A stretch of 58,320 nucleotides of DNA from a virus (lineage: Duplodnaviria; Caudoviricetes). Position 1 is the first letter of the stretch; the number at the start of each line of letters is the position of its first letter. The translations under genes and the position numbers were made by a program. Of the stretch, positions 47,282 through 57,172 are shown piece by piece. The DNA lies in IMG/VR virus record IMGVR_UViG_3300032134_000003, positions 1-58,320 of that record, one strand, 5' to 3'. The notes beneath the pieces are model-generated. The model ran no database searches. It was not told where the DNA came from and worked only from the letters and a program-made list of their open reading frames with translations.

Positions 47282-49663
47282 ATGCCCTTTACAAAAATCG
47301 CACCCAAAGCTGGGCTTTTCACGGATGGTACTAGGTACTCCGCGCAGGGTACTTGGTATGATTCTGATAAGGTGCGGTTTCGTAAAGGGTTTGCCGAAAA
47401 GATCGGTGGCTGGGTTAAGTATGTTGCCGCAACTTACTTAGGAACTGCCCGAAAACTCCATGACTGGGCTACCGATTCCGGCAATAAGTATGTCGGACTT
47501 GGAACCAATCTCAAGTTGTATGTAAACCTTGGCGACAACTACTACGATATTACGCCTATCCGCACCACACTCACGCTTGGCACGGATAAGATCACGGCTG
47601 TCGATGGCACTGCTGTTGTCACCATCGAAACAGCTACAAACCACGGGGCAGTTGTAGGTGATTATGTAACTATTGCGGGCGCAACGGCTACGGCAGGTAT
47701 CGGCACGGGCGCACTCAATACAGAACATCGTATTGTAGCACTTGGCGATCCTAGTGATGCCAACCCCGACACGAAATTCCGGGTTGTGTGCTCTACGAAA
47801 GCAACGTCCAGCGCGAGCGGTGGTGGAAGCAGTGTAACTGCTGCATTCCAGATCAATACTGGACTCAATACTTATGTATCGGCATCTGGCTATGGCGCAG
47901 ATCCTTGGGGATCTGATGGTTGGGGATCTGGAGCCGGAATAGGTCAAGCCAATCAGTTACGCTTGTGGTCCGTAGTCAATTTTGGCGATGACATGATCGC
48001 CAATGTTCGGCAAGGGAATATTTATTACTGGGATGAGAGCGTGGGTACGGGAACTGCTGCTGTAGCACTCAGCGGTATAACACGCCGTACCCTGACTCTT
48101 TCAAGTGATCCGGTAACAACCGCTAGTGGTTCTACTGTTATTACGATCATTGACAAAGCCGGTCATGGGGCAACCGCTGGAGATACGGTTACGGTTTCGG
48201 GGGTAAGCGGGGCCATAGGCGGCATAAGTGCGGCAAGACTAAACGTGGAGATGACCGTAGCCTCTGTTACAAATAAGGCCACGTTCACGGCAGATGTTGG
48301 TGGTTCAAATGCTACTGGCACGGCCACGGGTGGCGGATCCGCCGTAGTTGCAACATACGAGGCCGGAACCTACTACACGCCTGTCGCCGCTCATCAGGTG
48401 ATGATGTCGGATGTCGCCCGTCATGTGATCGCATTTGGTTGTAATAACATTGGCGAAACTACGATTAATCCGCTGCTTGTCAGATGGTCTAGCTCAGAAG
48501 CTGCTGGGGTATGGCAACCGCTATCGACCAATAGTGCTGGTGGCCAGGAATTACCGGCTTGTTCGGAAATTGTCGGTGCAATGATGACACGCCAGGAAAT
48601 ATTGATATGGACCGATTGTGGCATCGTCAGTATGAGATATATAGGTAGTCCCTTTTACTTCTCGTTCACGGAGACGGCCAAGGGGATGTCGATGGTGTCG
48701 CCCAATGCGGCGATAAACGCAGGTGGTGCAGTCTACTTCATGGATCGCGGTGCATTTTACACTTATACCGGAACAGCGCAGAGACTTGTCTGCCCTGTAC
48801 TGGGCACTGTCTTTGATGATTTCGATGATAGCCAATCCCATAAGGTTGTTACTGGGTCAAACACAGACTTTTCCGAAGTCATGTGGTTCTACCCATCTGA
48901 ATCTGGTGATGGGGAAATCGACAAGTATGTCGTTTTTAACTATGCCGAAAACATTTGGTATACCGGAACGATGGTGCGTGGCGCATGGAACCATGCGGGC
49001 ACTAAGCCTTATCCGCTTGCTTCTTCGATACGAGACAGGGACCTAAGCAGTGATGCGATAGCGACAAGTAGTGGCTCTGGCACAGTCACGATTACAGACG
49101 CGGACCACGGGCTTATCGTAAGTGACAATGTTATTCTGGATAGCGTAGCGGCAGTCGGTGGCCTATCAGCCTTGGTGCTCAACGACCAGCATATTGTTGC
49201 ATCTATTACGGATGCAGACACCTATACGATTACCTTGGGGGACCTCGCTACATCTTCTGCCACAGGGGGCGGGGCCACGGCAAAAGGTATTTATCCGAAC
49301 TTGTTGTACAGCCACGAAAGCGGCCATGACGATGATGGATCAGCGATGACGGCCTATATCGAAACGGGCGACGTAGAGCTTGGTGATGGCTATCAGTTTT
49401 GGTCACTGAATAGGATTATCCCAGACATCCAATTTAGAGATGGTGATCCTGGCAATGAGGTGACAGTGAGCCTGAACGGACACAACTATCCCGCACAAGC
49501 GCAATCTGAGATAGCCAGTGCCACGATAACACCCACTACAGACCAATCGTTTATCCGTGGCAGGGCCAGGCAGGTGTCGATGAAGGTAGAGAGCACGGGT
49601 TCTGGGTACGGCTGGCGCGTAGGTCAGGTAAGATTAGACGGCAGAACGGACGGCAGACGATGA
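47282..49663 (+). CDS. Tail tubular B / packaged-DNA stabilisation-like protein
   Basis: 793 aa; W.DSDKVRFR.G..EKIGGW start, RWS, beta-propeller-like, R.RQ...WR.G..RLD...DGRR end. Confidence 0.7.
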   Translation: MPFTKIAPKAGLFTDGTRYSAQGTWYDSDKVRFRKGFAEKIGGWVKYVAATYLGTARKLHDWATDSGNKYVGLGTNLKLYVNLGDNYYDITPIRTTLTLGTDKITAVDGTAVVTIETATNHGAVVGDYVTIAGATATAGIGTGALNTEHRIVALGDPSDANPDTKFRVVCSTKATSSASGGGSSVTAAFQINTGLNTYVSASGYGADPWGSDGWGSGAGIGQANQLRLWSVVNFGDDMIANVRQGNIYYWDESVGTGTAAVALSGITRRTLTLSSDPVTTASGSTVITIIDKAGHGATAGDTVTVSGVSGAIGGISAARLNVEMTVASVTNKATFTADVGGSNATGTATGGGSAVVATYEAGTYYTPVAAHQVMMSDVARHVIAFGCNNIGETTINPLLVRWSSSEAAGVWQPLSTNSAGGQELPACSEIVGAMMTRQEILIWTDCGIVSMRYIGSPFYFSFTETAKGMSMVSPNAAINAGGAVYFMDRGAFYTYTGTAQRLVCPVLGTVFDDFDDSQSHKVVTGSNTDFSEVMWFYPSESGDGEIDKYVVFNYAENIWYTGTMVRGAWNHAGTKPYPLASSIRDRDLSSDAIATSSGSGTVTITDADHGLIVSDNVILDSVAAVGGLSALVLNDQHIVASITDADTYTITLGDLATSSATGGGATAKGIYPNLLYSHESGHDDDGSAMTAYIETGDVELGDGYQFWSLNRIIPDIQFRDGDPGNEVTVSLNGHNYPAQAQSEIASATITPTTDQSFIRGRARQVSMKVESTGSGYGWRVGQVRLDGRTDGRR

Positions 49664-49672
49664 GAATAAATA

Positions 49673-49957
49673 ATGGCTAAAGATTCTATATTAAAACGAA
49701 TCGGCGTAGCTGGTTACAATAAACCAAAGCGAACGCCTAAACACCCTAAGAAGTCCCATGTGGTCGTTGCCAAGGAAGGGTCTAAGGTAAAGACGATACG
49801 CTTCGGAGAGCAGGGTGCGAGTACTGCTGGCAAGCCAAAGGCTGGTGAATCTGATCGCATGAAAAAGAAACGTTCCAGCTTCAAGGCGCGTCACGGCAAG
49901 AACATAAAGAAAGGCAAAATGTCCGCAGCCTACTGGGCTGACAAGGTGAAGTGGTGA
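49673..49957 (+). CDS. Small highly basic protein
   Basis: KTIRFG.QG...SFKARH...SAAYWADKVKW. Confidence 0.7.
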   Translation: MAKDSILKRIGVAGYNKPKRTPKHPKKSHVVVAKEGSKVKTIRFGEQGASTAGKPKAGESDRMKKKRSSFKARHGKNIKKGKMSAAYWADKVKW

Positions 49958-49961
49958 TGAT

Positions 49962-50141
49962 ATGAAAGGGGTAAAGCACTACAGAAAAGACGGGTCAGCG
50001 CATACTGGCAAGAATCACAAAATGAAAGATGGCACATTGCATAGTGGCGTTACGCATACTGCGTCTAGTGTAAAGCTATTTCATTATGGTGAATTGAATC
50101 AAAAGGCAAAAACGAAAGCCAAGAAGGGTTGGCGCAAGTAA
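49962..50141 (+). CDS. Small basic His-rich protein (not in ORF track)
   Basis: MKGVKHYRKDG...HKMKDGTLHSG.TH...KLFH, 59 aa, fills the gap exactly. Confidence 0.65.
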   Translation: MKGVKHYRKDGSAHTGKNHKMKDGTLHSGVTHTASSVKLFHYGELNQKAKTKAKKGWRK

Positions 50142-50345
50142 ATGCCAATTAAAACCTATCGGGCATTGAACTCTGCGCCACCAGAATATAAGGAAGTAGA
50201 CGAAAGTCTATCTCGTAGAACCATCGAACAAAACTTCCAAGATGTCAGCAGCGACATACATTCTGTAAAGGTGCAAGCTGACAAGGACAGTTCTCTGTCA
50301 CTCCGCAAATATCAATTCTTGTTGCTTGGTGCTAGCAATGGCTGA
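50142..50345 (+). CDS. Hypothetical protein
   Basis: Coupled ORF. Confidence 0.55.
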   Translation: MPIKTYRALNSAPPEYKEVDESLSRRTIEQNFQDVSSDIHSVKVQADKDSSLSLRKYQFLLLGASNG

Positions 50346-50667
50346 TACATTAAAGGTACTGGGGCAATCAGCACCGTTAGCTACAACTAATACCGATCTG
50401 TACACGGTACCAGATGCTACTGTAACGACGGTCAGTTCTATTGCCGCCTGCAATCGTTCCGGTGGGGCACTCACCTTCAGGGTGGCTGTCCGTCCATCGG
50501 GCGCAACCGTAGCAAACGAGCACTACATCTACTACGGGAAATCGGTTGCCGCCAACGACACTGTATTCATCATTGTTGGCATAACCCTAAGCGACAACGA
50601 TGTGATTACAGTTTATGCAAGTTCAGCAGATATGTCGTTCAGTATCTTCGGCGTAGAGACGAGTTAG
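50338..50667 (+). CDS. Virion structural protein
   Basis: KVLGQSAP.ATT.TDLYTVP...SFSIFGVE pattern. Confidence 0.6.
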   Translation: MADTLKVLGQSAPLATTNTDLYTVPDATVTTVSSIAACNRSGGALTFRVAVRPSGATVANEHYIYYGKSVAANDTVFIIVGITLSDNDVITVYASSADMSFSIFGVETS

Positions 50668-50670
50668 GCT

Positions 50671-53600
50671 ATGTCCAGTATGAACGAGCCAAGAACGGAT
50701 GCACAGGGCCTTCCAGTCCTCTTTAGCGGAGGGCTAGGCCCCAATGGACCAACAGGGAGCTATAAATACGCACAGGGCCATCCAAAGTTTGGGCAGCAAT
50801 TTGACCCAGCGGACGATCCAAGAAACAGGCCTCCTTCTCCGATGGGAAATAGAATGCAAATTATGAGTAGCGGCCCGTTGATGAACTATAGCCCTGGCAG
50901 AGGTATCGGTGGGTTGCGTGGTCAATTCCAGCAGCTACAGCAGAGGCGGCAGCCACAGCAGATTGAGCAGCCACTATTTGGCCCGAACGAGCGATTTAGG
51001 CCTGCGGTTCTCAAACATGATAATGCGCTGCGACAGCAGCAGATGCAACGCCCTCTTCCATATGGCGGTGGACCAGGCTACGCCATACCACAATCGCCTC
51101 CACCCTCCGCTCCTAATAATCCTAGTAGCGCAGGTGGAGCCCCAACGAGTTGGAAAATGAGTATTGAACCCATGGCTGGTGGCGGCATGATTCAGGGCTA
51201 TCAGAATGGTGGCATGATTCCGGGCTATCAGAATGGTGGCCAAGCCCTAGTGCCCTACGAGGCGAATACTGCTGGCCACACGCCGATGGTCTATTCCAAT
51301 GGTGGTTGGGTTCCTGCCTACGCCAACGGTGGTGAAATTCCCGGTTATTTCTTGGGCGGCAAATGGGGCACCAAATTTAAAAATCTTGTTAAAAAAGCTG
51401 CACCCGTCGTACTTGGAGCAATTAATCCTGCGCTTGGTGCGGGTATTGGCGCGTTAATAAGTGGTATTGAAAATAAAAGCTTGAAGTCTGCCCTAGCGGG
51501 TGGCATGAAGGGCTACTTAGGAGGAAAGGCCTTGAGTGCGGGGCTGAAGGGTGCTGGCCTAGCTGGCGGAAAGGGCGAGAGCCTGATGGGCGGAATTAGA
51601 TCCATAGTCAGGGGTAAGGGGTTATCTCAAGGCGCTGGTAAGGCGTATGATTATTTGTCAGACCCCAGAAAAATAGCATCGGTATATCCGCTTCTGGCCG
51701 AACTTGAGGCACAGCAGGCACAGGAGAATCCGGATCCAGAGACTCAGATGCCGAGTGCCTATACCGCCCAAAGCCAAGCTATCATGCCGCAATCCTCTAC
51801 TCCTGGCTATGTCGCACCAGCACAGGGCTATGCTAGTCTGCCAGGAGGGGGCACTCCTTCTCAGCAAACGGGGGCACTAGGCCCTCTTCCGCGAGCAGAA
51901 GGTGGATTGATGTCACTTCCGCTTCCGGGATACCAATCGGGTGGGTCGTTCCAAGAGAGACACCCAGGCTTGACATACAGTCAGAGTGGGGGATGGTGGA
52001 AGGATGGCAAGCAAGTGGAACATTCAAAGCTTCCTAAAGAAGTTCTGTCTCTTTACCAGGATCCCAACCAAGGTAAAGGCTGGGGGACTGAACGACCGGG
52101 GGGTAGGGGGGCATATTCGAAAAAAAAGCCTGCTGCTAAGTTTCTTAAAGGATACGAACAGCATAAACAACGAGCTATTGTCAACGCCAGGAACTATCAG
52201 CGAGAGCAGGCCAATTATAAGCGTACAGGAGAGTGGAAACGCGACCACATGGGCAAAGTAAAGGAGGGTGGCTTTTACCCTTCCCCTGAAGTCTTCGATG
52301 CTAGGTTCAGAAAGGGTCTAAGCCAGGAACAGATTGATGACAGGCTAAAAACCGCTCAGTTCGCAGTAGCGGACGAAAGAACTAAGGTAGCGATGACGAG
52401 AGAGTGGGAGGACAATAAGGACCTTACGGGAACAACTCAGGGCAGGATTGATAGCTTCTTGTCTGAAAATTTTGGAACTCCTATTCCCGATAGAGCGCCG
52501 AACAAGGAACAGGTGGCTCGGGCTCGGCAGAGAGAGGACGAGGACTTTGATCGTATGGCCGTTCCCTACTCTGAACGAAACACGGGTCCTGAACCATCCG
52601 CTGAACAGATAAGAGCTAACGTCCAAGGAGCATATCGCTCAGATCGGTCCTACCAAGAGGCCCTTAACAGCGCACGAGGCCGAATTAAACAAGTTTTAGA
52701 CCCTGGATTTGCCAGAAAGCACAGGGAGAACATCCGTGGAGGAGTAGCGGGACCAGGCTATAAAAATGCAGCAGAGCAACGAGAGGCCCTGGAGGCGCAA
52801 TATGGCGACTTAGACAAGTTTCTCGCGAACACCACGACCGAAGCCACCGTAACTGGCCCTGGTGGGGTTGACTTACATGACGGGCGAGGCCCGATACCCA
52901 TACGCGAGGCCTACCCCCATTTGTTTACCCCTGACGGGAGACGCATAGCGGGCCTAACAAAAGAAGAGCAGGCCAAGTATACGAAGACTGGGGAGCCGGT
53001 TAGTCCAACAGATGCGCCGGGGCCGTTCGATCCGACAGATGTGCCGGGGCCGAATGTTTATCCACCGTCACCGTTTGATCCAATTGATGGGGATCCTGGG
53101 AGCGGCAGGGCACCGGCTACCGGGATTGATGCAGGAGGCCCAGGGGGCCATTGGAAGCCTAAGGCAAGGCCGAGGGTGATGCCGAAGTCGCAGACCAGAT
53201 TCAATACGAAGACTAACGCAAGCCCGACTCCCGCATTTTCTTCGGACCCCACCTATCGTGCTGGGCTGATGGCTGAAACCGCATCGGAAACCGGGAACGC
53301 TCCAATGGTTGGGCACAATCCGTTTAATATGCCCACAGCCGGTCAAGCTTCTCAATTTGGTCCTGCTTATGGTGGGTTGATGGGCAGACTTGGTGGACAG
53401 GAGGAACTAGGCGCAGGTCCGGCACCGCAGATGCAACCGCAGATGCAACCGCAGATGCAACCGCAGATGCAACCGCCGATGCCGTCAGGCACTCCAATGA
53501 GGGCGGACGGTGGTCCGATTGACCCCTCTATGATGCAACCGGGGGGCGAGGAAATGCCTCCAGAGATAGAGCAGGTTGCCATAATGGCCCTGAAGGGTCA

Positions 53601-54054
53601 GATGCCTCCCGCTCAAGCGGCAGAGCTTCTTGATGAGATTAGAAAATTATTTCCTGCACAAATTGACGAACTAACCAATCAAATACGAGTCATGGCAGCG
53701 AGTGAAGGTGGAGCGGCTGGGCTAGTAAGTGAGGGATACCTGCCTCCTTATCCAGATAATGGATTGCAGGGCAATGGCGAAGTAGACGATATGGTTGCCA
53801 TTGGCCCGATGCCGACCTCTGGCTATCAGGCTGGTGGCTCGACAAAAGATTTTGAGAAAGCCTTTCAGGAGCGTGTGGCTGGCGGAGGTCCGCTTCCCGT
53901 AAGGGCGCTGCTCGCTGGAGGGGAATACATTGTAAACGCAGGTGATGCAGAAGCAGGACGACAAGAATTAATAGATGCAGCCACTGGAATTGATCCCAGG
54001 TTGTCTCCCGGTGCGGCGGTATGGGATGACTTTGTTGGCAATATCAACGGATAA
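50671..54054 (+). CDS. Large low-complexity internal virion protein
   Basis: 1127 aa, P/G/Q-rich, many xxGG motifs, C-terminal LL.GGEYIV. Confidence 0.7.
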   Translation: MSSMNEPRTDAQGLPVLFSGGLGPNGPTGSYKYAQGHPKFGQQFDPADDPRNRPPSPMGNRMQIMSSGPLMNYSPGRGIGGLRGQFQQLQQRRQPQQIEQPLFGPNERFRPAVLKHDNALRQQQMQRPLPYGGGPGYAIPQSPPPSAPNNPSSAGGAPTSWKMSIEPMAGGGMIQGYQNGGMIPGYQNGGQALVPYEANTAGHTPMVYSNGGWVPAYANGGEIPGYFLGGKWGTKFKNLVKKAAPVVLGAINPALGAGIGALISGIENKSLKSALAGGMKGYLGGKALSAGLKGAGLAGGKGESLMGGIRSIVRGKGLSQGAGKAYDYLSDPRKIASVYPLLAELEAQQAQENPDPETQMPSAYTAQSQAIMPQSSTPGYVAPAQGYASLPGGGTPSQQTGALGPLPRAEGGLMSLPLPGYQSGGSFQERHPGLTYSQSGGWWKDGKQVEHSKLPKEVLSLYQDPNQGKGWGTERPGGRGAYSKKKPAAKFLKGYEQHKQRAIVNARNYQREQANYKRTGEWKRDHMGKVKEGGFYPSPEVFDARFRKGLSQEQIDDRLKTAQFAVADERTKVAMTREWEDNKDLTGTTQGRIDSFLSENFGTPIPDRAPNKEQVARARQREDEDFDRMAVPYSERNTGPEPSAEQIRANVQGAYRSDRSYQEALNSARGRIKQVLDPGFARKHRENIRGGVAGPGYKNAAEQREALEAQYGDLDKFLANTTTEATVTGPGGVDLHDGRGPIPIREAYPHLFTPDGRRIAGLTKEEQAKYTKTGEPVSPTDAPGPFDPTDVPGPNVYPPSPFDPIDGDPGSGRAPATGIDAGGPGGHWKPKARPRVMPKSQTRFNTKTNASPTPAFSSDPTYRAGLMAETASETGNAPMVGHNPFNMPTAGQASQFGPAYGGLMGRLGGQEELGAGPAPQMQPQMQPQMQPQMQPPMPSGTPMRADGGPIDPSMMQPGGEEMPPEIEQVAIMALKGQMPPAQAAELLDEIRKLFPAQIDELTNQIRVMAASEGGAAGLVSEGYLPPYPDNGLQGNGEVDDMVAIGPMPTSGYQAGGSTKDFEKAFQERVAGGGPLPVRALLAGGEYIVNAGDAEAGRQELIDAATGIDPRLSPGAAVWDDFVGNING
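53425..53472 (+). repeat. 12-bp tandem repeat x4
   Basis: CCGCAGATGCAA x4 (PQMQ). Confidence 0.9.
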
Positions 54055-54058
54055 AGCT

Positions 54059-57000
54059 ATGCCTAGAAAAATTAATTATCCTGGTTATCAGGTTGGTGGA
54101 TCGACATCCAACTCTGACGCCAAGCGCGATAAGGCGAGGTACTATGACGAACTAATGGGTCAGGAAAAAGATCCAGAAGATAGAAAAAGTATATTTCAAC
54201 GGCTTTTTGGTGGATGGGATAACCGCCTTCGCGGGGAAGAAGAAGCTCGTGAGCAGCACGAGGCTAGGGAAATACGGAGGGAAGATGAAACCGAACATAG
54301 AAGACAGATACTGTGGGAGCTGATGCGGAAGGCAAGGGAAAGAAGGCGCACACCGAGAAGAGCTTCTGGCGGCATAATTGGGCTACAAACTGGTGGTCCC
54401 TCACCTCAGATGTCCGAGGTTACCTCCTATGGAGTGCCGCAGCAGACCGAGCACCAGTGGGCCAATCTTACTGATCGTATCGTAAACGAAGGAAGTCGCG
54501 GCTATCAGCAGTATGGTGGGCAAAGGTTTGCTGGGTTTACAAATCCTGAAGCTGCTGCAATGGCTGGCCAAGTTGCGTATGGCCAGGGCATGGGGCCGAT
54601 GGGGACTCGTCAGGCGGCTCAAACGCTTGGTCAGGCTGGCCAAATGATCGGTGGTGCCCAGCAAGGACTAATGGGCCTACAGCCACAGTACGCTCAAATG
54701 GCCGGTCAGTTTGGATCTGCCGCAGCACAGGCACAGCAACAGGCACAACAGGCCGCTCTGGGTATGGGCCGACTTGGTGCCCGCTCCGAACTGCAAGGCC
54801 GTCTTGCTGGTGCGGGGATGAGGCAGACAGGGGCGGCGGGACAAGCAGAGCAACGACTATTGGGCATAGGGCAAGCGGCACAGGCCCAGCAATCCCAAAT
54901 TGAGCAACAGCGGCTAGGTGCTGGACAGGCACAGGCCGGTATGGCAGGCCAACAGCAAATGTCTGGTCTAGGTGCAGGAATGGCGGGGGCAGGCCAGGCT
55001 GCATTAACGGCACAGCAACGATATGCTACTGGAATCCAGGGGCTTGGAGCCGGTGCGGCAGGACAGGCCCAGTCCCGTGAGGCGCAGGCGGCAGGACTAG
55101 GACAGCAGGCACAACAAGCTGGTGCCGCTGGACAGGCCCAAATGTCTGGCCTGGGCACCCAAGCTCAACAGCTTGGCCAAACCGCTATGGGCCAGATGGG
55201 CGCTACTGGGCAGCAAGCTCTTGGAATGGGCCAACAAGCCATGGCGCAAATGGGTGGCTTGGGTGGTCAGGCAGGAGCGTTAGGTCAGGACATTAGAGGT
55301 CAATTGGGTGGAACCGGATTACAGGCACAGCAAGCTGGCCAGATAGGTGCCGCCGATATACGGGCGGCTGGCCTTGAGGGTCAGCAATCAGCACTGGCGG
55401 GCCAAGAGGCCATAACTGGCGTAGGTGGTCGAGCAGGGGCTGCTGGAGCACAAGCCGCTCAACGTATGCGTGACATAGGCGGGCAGGCCCCTCAGTTGCA
55501 GAGTGGCGCAGATTTGTCTGGCTATATGTCTCAGTACACTGCTGGTGTCACTGATCCTCAGTTACAGCAGTTGATGGAATTCCAGAGGATGCAGGGTCAG
55601 GAACTGAAGTCGAAAGCAGCCCAGGCTGGCGCATTCGGTGGTCTTCGCCAAGGTGTCGAAGCTGCAACACAGGCGCGGGACGCCTCACAGCAAGCCGCCG
55701 ATATTATCGGCAAGTCACAACAAGAAGCATTTCAATCCGCACAGGCGGCATTTCAAGGCGACAGGGCGGCACAGCAACAGGCCCAGCAGGCCGGACTTAG
55801 CGCGGAGCAGCAGGCGGCACAAGCCCAACAGTCTGGCCTTGGCCAAGAACAACAGGCTCAAATTGCAGGAATGGGCGTTGCCCAGGCTGGACAAGCAGGC
55901 CGTCAAGCGGCTGCACAACAAGCTGTGCAGGCACAGCAACAGGGTATTGCTGCCTTACAGCAAGCCCAACAGTCTGGCGGCAGTGCTGCACAACAAGGCA
56001 TGAGCCAGCAAGCGCAGTTGGCACAGCAAGCTGCTGCCGCTGGCCAACAGGGTGTCGCTGCTCAATTACGGGCACAACAGGCTGGTGTTGGGGCTGCACA
56101 AGCAGGTGGAGCACAGCAATTACAGGCTGCACAGCAGGGTATGGCCGCAGGTCAGCAGGGCAGAAACGCACAAATGCAGGCTATGCAAACAGGTATTGCT
56201 GCTGGCCAGTATGGCAGTGATGCCCAGATGAGGGCGCAGCAGCAAGCTGCGGCTATGGGACAGGCTGGCGCAGGAACGTATCAGCAAGCTCTCGCGGGAC
56301 AGGGCGCTCTTGCAGGACAGGGTATCGGCATGGGTATGCAGGGACTCGACGCACAGCAACGGGCCGCACAGGTGGGCGCACAGCAATATGCACAAGGGCT
56401 GGTACAGCAACGAGACGCCGCTCAAGCAGGCGTTGGAATGTCCCAGGCGGGCCAACAGCAGGGCTCCCAGGCAGCGCAAGCTGGTACGCAGCTTGGGCTA
56501 GGTGCCTTACAGGCCGCCCAGGGTGCCCAGCAGCAAGGTTGGGGCACCTATGGCCAAATGCTCGGACAACAGCAAGGCGCGGTAGGGGCGCAGGGCCAAT
56601 TGTATAACCAGACGGGAGCGATGGGTAGTCAACTAGCCGGTGTCGGTGGACAACAGATGCAGCTAGGTGGCCAGCAACAGCAACAGCAGCTTGAAAGATT
56701 GCGAGCGATGCAATCAGCGGGCGAAAACCAGCGTAGAATGCAGAATCAATCGCTCTCTATGGGTTATCAGGACTGGCAGAACCAGCAAGATCAAGAAAGA
56801 GCAAACATTGGGTGGCAACAGGCCGCTATGTCTGGACTTCCCTACCAGGGATCCGTTACACAAAGCAGGTATACGCCGCAACCGAGCAACACCTCTAGTC
56901 TTATGGGCGCTGGTATTGCTGGCATGAGCGCCTGGAACAGCTACAACCAGGGCAACCAGGGCAAACAGGGCAAACAGGGCCAGAACAGATACAACAACAG

Positions 57001-57157
57001 CTACAATCAGGACCCAAATGTCTTTGCCGGTTCAAACATGGGTATGCAAAACCAAACGAACGGCAACTCAGAGCCAGGCAGTATCTGGAGCCAAAACGAT
57101 GCTCTAACTACGAGCGGCAAATGGGATAAAAACAACCAAAGCAACTCAACTTGGTGA
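54059..57157 (+). CDS. Q/A/G-rich DNA ejection/pilot-like protein
   Basis: ATG 54059; 18-aa periodic arms around YMSQYT...QAGAFGG.RQ core. Confidence 0.7.
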   Translation: MPRKINYPGYQVGGSTSNSDAKRDKARYYDELMGQEKDPEDRKSIFQRLFGGWDNRLRGEEEAREQHEAREIRREDETEHRRQILWELMRKARERRRTPRRASGGIIGLQTGGPSPQMSEVTSYGVPQQTEHQWANLTDRIVNEGSRGYQQYGGQRFAGFTNPEAAAMAGQVAYGQGMGPMGTRQAAQTLGQAGQMIGGAQQGLMGLQPQYAQMAGQFGSAAAQAQQQAQQAALGMGRLGARSELQGRLAGAGMRQTGAAGQAEQRLLGIGQAAQAQQSQIEQQRLGAGQAQAGMAGQQQMSGLGAGMAGAGQAALTAQQRYATGIQGLGAGAAGQAQSREAQAAGLGQQAQQAGAAGQAQMSGLGTQAQQLGQTAMGQMGATGQQALGMGQQAMAQMGGLGGQAGALGQDIRGQLGGTGLQAQQAGQIGAADIRAAGLEGQQSALAGQEAITGVGGRAGAAGAQAAQRMRDIGGQAPQLQSGADLSGYMSQYTAGVTDPQLQQLMEFQRMQGQELKSKAAQAGAFGGLRQGVEAATQARDASQQAADIIGKSQQEAFQSAQAAFQGDRAAQQQAQQAGLSAEQQAAQAQQSGLGQEQQAQIAGMGVAQAGQAGRQAAAQQAVQAQQQGIAALQQAQQSGGSAAQQGMSQQAQLAQQAAAAGQQGVAAQLRAQQAGVGAAQAGGAQQLQAAQQGMAAGQQGRNAQMQAMQTGIAAGQYGSDAQMRAQQQAAAMGQAGAGTYQQALAGQGALAGQGIGMGMQGLDAQQRAAQVGAQQYAQGLVQQRDAAQAGVGMSQAGQQQGSQAAQAGTQLGLGALQAAQGAQQQGWGTYGQMLGQQQGAVGAQGQLYNQTGAMGSQLAGVGGQQMQLGGQQQQQQLERLRAMQSAGENQRRMQNQSLSMGYQDWQNQQDQERANIGWQQAAMSGLPYQGSVTQSRYTPQPSNTSSLMGAGIAGMSAWNSYNQGNQGKQGKQGQNRYNNSYNQDPNVFAGSNMGMQNQTNGNSEPGSIWSQNDALTTSGKWDKNNQSNSTW

Positions 57158-57172
57158 TGACGGGAAATAATA

